Part shown: positions 13,251 through 24,709 of the stretch, piece after piece | How positions within the stretch are numbered: position 1 is the stretch's first letter | Layout: each line of letters opens with the position of its first letter | NCBI RefSeq assembly: GCF_022045235.1 | Contig: NW_027266275.1 | Coordinates: 53,010,001-53,074,000, forward strand | DNA: 64,000 nt | Origin: Haliotis cracherodii | Taxonomy: Eukaryota | Direction: 5' to 3' | Made by a program: the position numbers and the translations under genes | The notes under the pieces: generated by a model | The model's input: the letters and a program-made list of their open reading frames with translations, nothing else | The model's database searches: none | What the model was told of the DNA's origin: nothing

Positions 13251-15511
13251 GGCTTTGTTTTCATACAGTTCAATCATGGGCGAGAAATCAATGTCCGCAG
13301 AACTCACTGGCCCAAACTGTGACACTTAATAAATAAGGTATAATAATGTGATACCATAGCAATGAAATATCGCAACTATTATCGAAACTAAGCGATATGT
13401 TGTGTGGCCACACGTATTACAAAAATATGTACCTTGGAAATATTACCAATAATTTAAAAACGCAATGTTTGACAAAACAAGATCTTATGACCGTTGGAAA
13501 TGTTCATTGGATATGCTTGAACGGGTATATAATTGGTGGTTTCGTCTTTGACATCAAAAACTGGCGTCACTCAAGTTACCTATATGAGGCTTGAACTCAG
13601 ATCATGCATAACAAGCGAACACAGAGTCCACATGGCCACCTGGGTAAAACTTAATCTCATAACACTAACATCGTGATTGATAAATGCGAGTCTCGTTCCA
13701 TAGGCGAGGATTACGGGCAAAATATTCTCTTACACTATCATTGAATATAGATTACAATGCAAACCAACTTATAATAACAGGCAAACATTATTTATACGTT
13801 TCAGACGCTTCACTGTGACGACATTAAGGATAATTCACAACCGAATGGTAAACACAGACACGAATCTTTGAGCATGTAAAACTATTGTACAATGACGGGG
13901 CTGTTTTCATATATTCAGGACTCTATACCACAATACGTCTGTATGGAAAGGCGCGTCGCACGGATAACCTCTTTCGAGTGCCCTCTTTCAAAACCACACA
14001 CACCTACCTACACGGTACAATGGTTGTGAAAGTGTTAAAATGGCAGGACAATTTCGAAAGTCAATGACGTAGCACTTCATTCCAAGAATCGACTCTATCA
14101 AGACTTTTTCACACTTACAAGTAAATCAAAGCACTATCTAAAACCTGCAGTTGTTTAAACATATTAATTGTCAAATTTGAATAATATAAGTACACATCAG
14201 AGTAACACGACATTGAAGGATATCATTGTATACATTGTTGCTATCATTTGCCAGTCTCAAACGTATAACCAAGACAAGAAAGTAGAAAAGATAACTCAGA
14301 AAATATAGTAGCTCAGAAGAAAAATCCGGCACATCTGAAAGCGTGACAACAAAGCCAGTGGTCAGTCAGATGTTTACACACACTATTACTGGGTATATAC
14401 CAACACTACGTACGACATATTGAGATGATGATTTAAAAGAGTTATGGACAATGACCTACCTGCGAGTTGAGGTTAGTTTCGCTTCGGGAGCGTAGCAAGG
14501 TTAATATCCACCCGATCGCCACTGCAAGCACAGCCTGACTGGGGCATAACTATCACTGAAAGGTGAAGGCCAGCTCCTGTACGTGTTCACTCAACCGACA
14601 CGGTGAGCCAGTAGAAAAGCATCGCGACTTCAGGTGTAAGCGTTCTTAAAGTACAGCTGGGCTACAGCAGAGTATTGTTATCGAGACATTGTTTCAGACA
14701 AAAGATGTCCGAGTTTTACAGAACAATTAAGGGTTGGGTCTGACACGGGAGTGCATTTTTGTGAAAAGTGTTGTAGGTTAAACTCTTCTTGTGACGCGGA
14801 CATGGGTTGTCGGGCGCCTATTGCAGTAGATGAACTGTTGTGAGATATTGGGACAGTTTTTACTACAATTACAAAGTAGTGTGTGATGTGATGACTACAT
14901 TGACTTCCTCGGGATCTCTGCAAACATGCCCTGAAGCGGTGCGACGTCACAGGTTTACTCGTCAGTCATTGCTTACATTGAGTAGATGAGCAAGCTGAAT
15001 ATTGTCTGCTACGAAGTTACCATGATAACCCTTATGTCTCTTCAAACTTTTTGTATTTTTTTATAAATAATGGTAAAGATCTGGTGTGTTGATAATCGAA
15101 CATTGTATCGATGTCAGCTATAAATTGTCACGGGGCCACGTGCAGTGCGTGTACAGTTCGACCGATCTTTATTGCCTTTAGTGGCTGTAATTACAGATGC
15201 AGTACATGATCGACCATTGAAATAGTGAACCTTGATATTTGCAACACACCGTTATATTGATGTGAGGTGAACATGGTGGATACTGTCAGAGTATGAATGA
15301 TGGAGTGACTGAGTCTACAGCGTAAGATCAGTGGAAGATAACAACACATATACCACTCAAAAGAAGTTAAACACACCTTTCTTTAACTTTAGTAGTGCTA
15401 TCAATTACCCATATACGATCGGTAACCATATAATCCTCACGCAGCGGCTCATGTAACACTAAACATGCAGTCGCCCCATGCAGCGGCTCATGTAACACTA
15501 AACACGCGGGG

Positions 15512-16010
15512 GTGACGGGGGTGGGGATAAATTCTGAGCCCCACACTGAAAGAGTTTACCTAAAGACGTTAACATTATTTATGCAGGCCTTCTCTTGGCT
15601 GCTATGGCGTCTTCGTTCGAGTCGAATCGGGTTCTGGCTGGAGCTTTCGTCATGTTCGGGAACTGATTGGAGTCAGACGGAGCCAGATCATGAGAATACG
15701 GTGGTTGATGAAGGTGTTCAAAGCTCCACGCGTTGACTGTAGCCAGAGTGATGCCTGGTTTGTGTACTGGCCCATTATCCATTGGAAGTGCACAGTCATT
15801 TCTCAGCTTCCCACATCTCTTAGTCTTAATTTCATCCCATAATTGTATCAAAATTGCAGCATAATATGTTCCGTTGATTGCCTCTCACTTTGTAAAGACA
15901 GTCCACAATGATGACAACATCGGCAGCCCAGAACACAGAGGACATAACCTAACCTGTTGAACGCATAGTCTTTGCCTTCTTTGGATGTGGTGATGCCAAA
16001 TGCTGACTGT
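15512..16010 (-). mobile_element. Mariner transposase pseudogene fragment with TIR remnant
   Basis: DNGPVH and HQPPYSHDLAPSD (mariner YSPDLAPxD motif), frameshifted upstream; terminal GATAAATTCTGAGCC recurs at 60846-60880 after TATGAGGGTTGACT. Confidence 0.85.
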
Positions 16011-16095
16011 TTTGAATATTGGTTGGGCTCATGCTGGAAAAGGTGAACCAGATACAAATCGTAGCAAGAAGCTTTCCGGGAATTATAACGAGACA

Positions 16096-16096
<1 letters not shown>

Positions 16097-16132
<36 letters not shown>
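16097..16132. repeat. (GT)n microsatellite
   Basis: Direct inspection; similar tracts at 1248-1295, 25338-25366 (GCACGC)n and 57628-57660. Confidence 0.95.
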
Positions 16133-16134
<2 letters not shown>

Positions 16135-17132
16135 GGGGGAGGGGGCTCCATATGTTAACCAAGATGTCTGGATCCGCCCCTGTTATGCTGTGATAATAGA
16201 GTATTTAGTCTTGACAGTATTTAACATGGTTAAGAAATTTTATGGAAGAGTGTCCAAGAATTTACGAAATGTGACACGTTGCTTCTTTAAATGATACGCG
16301 ATGCCATCCAATGACCTTTTACTATGACCTTTACATAAAGGTTTCACACCTCCTCGCCCACTGGCATAAACTTTAGTGGATCAGTGTTCAATCTTGCTAA
16401 AAGCGTATCCCGAAGACATGGATCATCACTAACTCTGCCCATCACTGGCTTGTCTAGTCCAGGCTCGATTGTTTACAGGTCTCCGTCGCCGGAGTAATAC
16501 TGTGTGACGTCAGGCAACAAACAAACACTTACTTGTCAGGGAACCGTTTATAGAATTTCCATGACTATGTTGTCTATGGAATCTGTTTCGGCACCTATTC
16601 GAGACTGATTATACACTGGCGTTAACGTTTTGAAGTTGCTTCAAACGTTTACAGTGCGGCATTTGGTGCGTTGTCACAAAGTGCAAGAAATCATATACAT
16701 ATTAAGGTAGCATGGATAACTAAAGTTCCTAGGAAACACTTTTAACGGTAAAATGGTACTAATAGCCGCATAGCAGTTTATACTGATTCATCACTCGAAA
16801 AGATGGTTGTGTATATTTAATTACTTTAAATGTCATTAAGCACGCGTCTTAAGGTATAATGACGTATATCTGAAACCTAGTGTAACATTCTACAACTGCA
16901 AAATATAATAATTGAATTATATGGTGTGACAGATTAACTGTAGTAATATGAAAGAATCGAGAGTTCTTTGACTTCTTTTGAGTAAGTATCAACGCATCAA
17001 CAAGAACCGAAAATCAACGGCATCACCGAAAAACACAAATCAAATACATGTATGGCATGGGGTTATTCATGAGTCACATGTGTGCCCTTAACATGACGGG
17101 CCACTAGCGGCAACACTGTACCATAACAACAG

Positions 17133-17413
17133 TCAGTGAGTGAGTTGGGTTTAACGCCGCTTTTTAACATTATTCCAGTTATATCACGACGTGTCAGCTT
17201 AATGTGGGAGGAAAGCCCGAATTGATGTAGGTCTAAGACGTTAACCACTTCGGTGAAACCCACGAGCACGGGTATGATACTGACAAACCTAGAAACATAA
17301 TCGGGGCGAACCGAGATTCGAATCCACAATCATAGGTTTCTGGCGTGCCCAAAGGGACGCAACTCTGCACAGCGAATCGCGGCGCCTTAGACGACTGGGC
17401 CACCAGTGCCCCC
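17133..17413 (-). mobile_element. tRNA(Leu-like)-derived SINE family C
   Basis: Head GGGGCAC..TGGCCCAGTCGTCTAAGGCG, B box (G)TTCGAATC, core ending TTTCCTCCCACA, (ACTC)n tail, TSD-like CCATAACA. Other copies: 495-765, 2543-2745, 6552-6670, 8655-8757, 8860-9100, 19318-19449, 48222-48474, 49485-49600. Confidence 0.9.
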
Positions 17414-20400
17414 TCCATAACAGGAGCCACGGATTAATTGTTCTTCCCAATTGAGAATGATGTTTCTGTTGGTTACCATTTTTAAAGACAATTCCTTTTG
17501 GCTTTCGTAATAAAACTTTTCAGTACGCCGCGGCATTTCATCTTGGTGTGTGAGGACTGTTGTGGGACGTAGATATGTGTCTCTTCGTAAAACACAAGTT
17601 ATGTTATCTGTCAAAGTCTATATGGACTCCTGGTCAAACCAAGTATTGTAATCAGTGCGAATTTGGGATCCGAACCCACGACTAGTATCAGTACAACGCG
17701 ATAGTATCAATACTGAAACTTGGCAAGATCTGTAACATACCTTTTCTACCCACACATATATCTTCTTCTAGACGCCACCTAGTTATGATGGCTAAGATGG
17801 CTTTGTAGGACGGGCCCTTGCCTTATATAGATGAGTCCTCTTTAAGTAAATAGATCTTCAGAGGTAATGTAAACACAACATGTAGACTACATATATGTCA
17901 TGCCTACATGTAAGGTAAACAGGATAGTTTTATTGATTGTTTTCTCTCGTCGACATCATAATTCATAAATGTTGAATAAATTCATTCACTTCAGAAGCAA
18001 ACGTAAGAAAAGTAACAAGTTTTCTTTCATTTGCTGTTAGCATGACCAATTAAATGATTGTTTCCGCGATTATATTTTTTTTCAAACAAATAAATCTATT
18101 ACCATATTTTTTTAAAAAGAGGTACAATACTATGGTTAGCAATGATATTGTACTGCCTGCTTGTTCGCCTCCGAGGCCAAGGAGTAGGAATATGCTGGGG
18201 GTATAATGTAGTTGGCATTACACAATGACACTTTTGAAACATTTGATTGCATTTTAAGCAATTTCGTGCAGTTTGGACAAAATTCACACAAGAAATGTTA
18301 TAAGTCAATGGCAAAAGCCAATAAGTCAAAATAAACAAAGATGGCGGATGCAGTAAAATTTCAAAGTTTAATCAGTATTTTTGAAAGATCGGGCATAGCT
18401 TCCGCGCACCCGGCTACCCGCTAGGTATAGGAGCAATATTGCCATAAACTTCACCCCCATCCCCCAGACACAAGGACAACTGTCATAAGTGTGCAATGTC
18501 TGACCCTTTTCCCCATGTTGAAGCATATTGAAAAGAAACTTACCTTTTGTTGTGAAAAAACTCCATTGCAAACATTAATACAACATATATTCCCGTGTTA
18601 TGGGTTTTCCGACGCTGAAGAAACATTCATAGCATTCTCGCTAATCACATGAACAACTGTAAAATAGCTCATTCACTTACGGGCTAAAAGACAAATGTAT
18701 ATTAAAAACACTCAGGTGATGGCTGTTAAAAGCGGCGTTAAACCCAATACACTCACTCACTACAGGCTAAAAGACAAATGTATCTTAAAAACACGCCATC
18801 ATCTGAGTATTTACAATTTCTGTGTGACGCCACACCCCACGTTATAGTGCAAGTATTCGTGATAGAACAAGTATTAGGTCCGAAACCCTATGATGCTGAA
18901 AGCTCTGATCGAAAACAGGACAATACGCGACAGTTGTCCGATTTTCGATAACATTTTTAGGAGTGTTTTATTTTTAATCTTTGATTATATTTTTCCGCGG
19001 AAGATGATTTTTTCCGAGGACTACTATTTAAAAAACGCAATTTTCCGCTGAGATTTCACATCCCTGCAATGTATATACGAAGTGCACGATCTATACAGCA
19101 CGTTTTATATGAGCCAGCTGGCAGGTTTAATTTAAACGAGTTGTCGATCATGAAACGTCTCATATTACGGGCGACATGTGGAATGCTGCCAGCAACATAA
19201 GGTGCACTCGACCTCATTTGTTGGTGTAAGAATGCATGGACGAAACAAGCCCCCTTGCCATCACTGTATGTAAGTTTGATGCAAGAATTTCTTTGTAAAA
19301 ATTATTATGTTTCTACTTGTCAGCACCATGCCCGTGCTTGTGGGTTTCACCAAAGAGATAAACTTGCATCACTTCAGGCTTTCCTTCCGTTTCAAGCTTG
19401 CACGCCGAGAAATACCGTTCAAAGCGGTGTTAAACCCAACTCACTCACTTGTGTCTCAATATATCTACACTTGAACAAAAGGCCAATCCAAGTCTTCAAA
19501 ATGATTATTATCAAATGCATTTCAAAAGCCCCCGTCTTACAGCTCCATCAAGGTGGTGCAAGGTAATTACTGCCTAGAGCCAGTATTTAATTCGTCTTCA
19601 TTGCAGCACTTGACACATTCGTTATAATCACGATAAATCTCGTTCGCGTCGCCGCTTCTATGTATGAGGATAGGTCGCCAAGTTATGGCTCTTGGTTCTT
19701 GAATAATGTGGTTATATTTAGTTTTGGATCTAACCATATTTCTCTGTGGTCCTAAAATTATGAAATAAAATTGTTCGTGTTGGCGAATTATTTTTCTCTA
19801 CCAAAACACAGGTGACAGTAAAACAAAACCTGATCTTGCATCTTGAAGGCCCTATTCCTGAGTTGGACGAGGGTAAAAACAAGTGAAGTATCATTCCACT
19901 AGGGCATAACTATTAATGCGTCCATTATGAGACGACCAATCACGTGGAAACTGAAGTCTTGCACCAATTCCGACTTTTCCGAGAACATGGTCGTCTCGCA
20001 ACGTTTTTTGTGTATTTTTTGTTTGTTGTTTAACTCCACATTCAGCAATATTCCAGCTATATGACGGCGGTCTGTAAATAATCGAGTCTGGACAATCGAC
20101 CCAGGTTAGAATAGGTCTTCAGCAGTCCATGCTTGTCGTAAAAGGCGACTAACCGAATCGGGTGGTCAGGATGGCTGACTTGTTCATGCATGTCAACGTA
20201 TCCCAATTTCGTAGATCGATGCTCATGATGTCAATCACTGAACCTTTGAAAAAATAAAATGTTCATACGATATTATCCTACACCACGTTACAAGAGGCGT
20301 GTCACATTTGGTATCACACTAACTTAGAAATGACATATGCTGTGTACATAATAATACAGGTGTATGTATACCCTTACTTATCGTACTCACATATCAACCG

Positions 20401-20825
20401 GTACTACGCAAGCTTAAGTAGAGGTGATGTACAGGTATCATAATATCATGGCTTCACTGAGATAAATATGATAGTATCCTGGACGTGAGAGTCAGTGATA
20501 TTACCGAATATTTCCAACTGAAATTGAATCCGCTATTCCCTTGATCGTTTGTTCCGTTTGTACTTAAATTGATGAAACTTGACTCCTATTTCAAGGACAT
20601 AAGATGAAAGTCATGCGTGCAGAAATCCACGATGACGCAATGGTTATATATAAACATGGACAACAGGAAGCAGCTGAAAACGTCGATGTGGAATTAAACA
20701 CTTTTGAGACTGACTAGCGCTATAAATGATTTTTTTATTAAGCAGACATGAACACTAAAGTCCTTTCGTAATGCAGTTACGCCTTATACGTTTTCATCTT
20801 GCATGCATTCGTCTATACCTTTATG

Positions 20826-21087
20826 TTATCTTCTGGAATGTTATCCTCCATCCTCTGGAATGCTATTGTTATCCTCTGGAATGTTATCCTCACTCCTCTG
20901 GAATGCTATTGTTATCCTCTGGAATGCTATTGTTATCCTCTGGAATGTTATCCTCACTCCTCTGGAATGCTATTGTTATCCTCTGGAATGTTATCCTCAC
21001 TCCTCTGGAATGTTATTGTTATCCTCTGGAATGTTATCCTCACTCCTCTGGAATGTTATCCTCACTCCTCTGGAATGCTATTGTTAT
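20826..21087. repeat. Minisatellite of interleaved 21- and 22-bp units
   Basis: TGCTATTGTTATCCTCTGGAA and TGTTATCCTCACTCCTCTGGAA units; explains the three overlapping spurious ORFs. Confidence 0.95.
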
Positions 21088-24000
21088 CGTCCTATTGTCC
21101 GAAACTGGGTAATTACTACCTACTTATATACTTTTCATAGGGATAATCAGTTATGTCATTATGTTTAAATATACACTTGACATATTGTGAAAAACGTTTT
21201 ATATATCATGATATGACTTAAAAAAGTATCCCTATCAAAAATAGAGTAGTGTGTTTTGCGGCAGATACCTGACCGGCTTAGGGAGCATCGTGACAGTTCG
21301 CGTTTTGGAATTAGCACAGGTGGTCATTGTGTTCACAAAGCATACAATCCCCACCCCGAACCGTGTTTACAGACAGGCTTGTCGGTGAATGGCGGTGTTA
21401 ACGGTTAGAGGAGCAACACTGAACTTAGGTTCAAAGTGGAGGGGTATGGTAAACGCAAACGTCTAACATGGAGTGGAGACCGGAGTGATGAAATAACACA
21501 TCCAACGGATTTTTGTTTCAATCCATCACTCCAGATGAACTCCCGAACGATATATCATGTGACTCGTACGTGTCTTTATATAGACTCTGATAAGTAAATG
21601 TTGCTCAACCCCATCTTGGTTGTTTACTTAACTTCTGGTAGTAATGGAATAGAGTGCGACGTGTTCGCGCACTTATAGCCTTGAACACCACTGTCGTATA
21701 GTGAGATAAGGGAGCTGATTACCCAGGCGTGGAAGATATAAGGAGAGAGGAGACAAACACATTCTTTCAAGGCATACAGCATGTCCAGTTTGTCTTATCA
21801 CAAACTTATGGTCACATTATTTTTCCCCAGCATTTTCTGGAACATTGTGGTTGTAAAAAAATAAATATTATTTTCAATCATAAGAAATTTGTACTTTTAG
21901 ATGTAATGTATTAAAATATCACTTCTAATGAGTATAATACCAACAATAATGAAATCAATGTCACTTCTCGCTCCATAGGGAATATATAAGAGATATTGTA
22001 GATCCTAAACAATATTCGTGGGCGGTGTCATTTCACAGCAAAATCAAACATTGTTTGTTTGTTGTTTAACGCCGCACTCAGCAATATTCCAGCTATGTGA
22101 CGGCGGTCTGTGAATAATCGAGTCTGGGCCAGACAGTCCAGTGATTGACATCATGAGCATCGATCCACATAATTGGGATACGATGACATGCATCATTCAA
22201 GTCAGCGAGCCTGACCACCCGATCCCGTTAGTCGCCTCTTACGAAAGCATAGTCGCCTTTTACTGTGTCAAAAGAATTCCGAACAAACAATATGTTTGTT
22301 GTGCGGTGTGTATTTTTCGTTTCCATCCGCCAAAACGCATTTGCCGACGCCCATCGACCAGATCCAAAACTTTCACGGGAACTTTACCATATGTGTAAGA
22401 AAGTATTCAGATTAAAGTGTTTTATTTTCTTTTTTAAGGCAATTGAAAACTGAATGAATACAATAAGAATTGAGTTAAGGGCCATCACATGATGATATCA
22501 CACACGACATTTCTAAAAGGATTCCTATTCAACTGATCCTATCCCTGTTTACACTTCCGCAGCTATTCACATAAATCTGACCCCCCAGAAACGCGTTTTT
22601 TTGGTGTGAGTACATTTGTGTAAATAGAGCTTATAATAAATCGGTTTTCGCTAAATAGGTGCTTCCTATTTTACATTTTAACCACGGGACGCCATCATAT
22701 TGACCTGAGTTACCATGCAACTAAGGTAGCCATGCCAATGCGGCCGACGAATAAAACGAAATCATCCGTGTGAGCAATGATCATTCCGATAAAGGGAAAG
22801 CTGTTTAACAAGAGACACCACATGGTGAATGGACAGTTAGTGTAACTCAACTGGACATAACACTTTCTTAAACGTTTACCGGGGACTGAAGGGAAAGTGG
22901 TTACCAAAGTCGGTATATAAGCAATAGGTCGAAATATGCACGTTCTTAAACGTATTTGTCCCGTCTGACGTATTATATTTTTCTTCAGTACATCACTTTT
23001 GAAAACACTAAACTGTGTCTACAAACATTTAAATTATAATAGAGGTTGTGTCACCATACTCGATCCTTTCGTGTTCTTGACTCGAACTCTCCTAATCTGG
23101 CTGCATTCAAAGGTAAATGGTTTGGTACAAGGACGAACATGACCACGATATTCCTTTATATAAACTCAGAATTAGCATCGGACTTCAATAGTACGTTATC
23201 AAAGCGTGAATCGTAGCTATGTATTAGCGACCACTTAACTTCTTTTTCTTAATTTCTTAGATTTCACGAGCTTTATGGCACAAGTTTCAAATTGACCGCT
23301 TCCATTCCAGACTACGCTTTGAAAAATAGTATGATCAAGTTCTCGATTCAAAATTTGAAAACTGAATAAAACAAAACTCTGAAGAGGAGACGGGCTATGT
23401 AGAGTTTCTTCCGCTTCAAATGTCGGAAACGTCCGTTCGTTCGGAATGACCCTTCTTTGACTCTTCGTTCCGTGAAGTTCCCGGTCTTCAGCAACTCCAG
23501 CTTGTCGTAAGTGGCGACAAACGGGATCGAGTGGTCACTGGATTTTGTAGCATATCTACATATTGATGCAAGTACCTAAACTGTCATAGAGCGCACATGC
23601 GTAAATAAGTATTTTATATAAAAGTAGAAAACTAATATGAAAACAAAACTAGTAATATGTTGTCACAACAATGACTACTTGAAACGTTTGTTATACCTCG
23701 CTAAACGGAAACATGGTCAACATTTTACGTATAGCGATATGCTGCATGCCTGTACCCGACCTTCTCAACAGACAGTCCCGCTACACGGAAATGGGTCAAC
23801 GTTTCACTGCAGTGAAAAGCTGTATGGGGAAAAAGGTAGGATAGAGCTAGGCTAAAGTACTCATGGAAATGAAAAAAAAATGTTTTGCTGGATTTAATAA
23901 TAGACACAAAGCATTACGTAGATGTAAATACGAAAGAACAAAACAACTGGAAAAGTACTAGTCTGGATTTGCTAGTTTTATCTCAGTGCACAATACAAAA

Positions 24001-24709
24001 TGTACTTTACAGGAGGTAATTTGTAGGCACTTTCAACATTCAAAAATAAAACTAAGTCCAAATTGACATGGCAGGAACAGGCTATAGGCATTATGCAAAT
24101 TAGCCTGGAAAAAAGTTATCAAAACAACAATAAAAATAACAGCTATGTTTCTGTACATAATAATGACATGTAAGTTGTTGTTTGAGAAGGGAATATGTTA
24201 CTTTTACGTTCTGATATGTTGACGATGATTCACTATCCCACAATGCCACTCACAAATCACTAACCACTGACAAATCACATGCACGTGATTCAATTACCTG
24301 TTTTTACCTGTCGTCAAGGTGTCATAGGTCATGGACATTCACCTTGATCTACTAACACCTGGTTATGCTCAGTTTCACAATAGTCTGTTTTGTTCATATT
24401 TTTACACACTTTTACGTGTAAAAAGACACAAAAACCTTTGATACGCTGTATTTGTGGCAAGGCCCAATTAGTACTAATTGGGTTGTTTGAATATTTATAT
24501 ATTTTGTATATAAACTGCATTTATTTAAAATCTGAGATCGAAAAAACATTTTTTTTCATTTCCGTGAGTACTTCAGTACCCTGCCCTTCGCCTCCTCGCG
24601 GCTGCAGCCGAGGAGCGCAAACGCTCGGGGCAGCTCTTGGACAGAGAGGGCCTCCCTCTAATGACTGTGTGATTGTTTTGCAATCTTTGCAACTAGTACT
24701 CATTCCCAT

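Noticed and set aside
20771-21168. Three overlapping 113-121 aa ORFs
   Set aside because: Translations of a stop-free minisatellite.
23379-23435. CTGAAGA...GAAACGTC hammerhead-like core
   Set aside because: Stem II is not closed correctly next to GAAA and no stem I is evident; likely chance.
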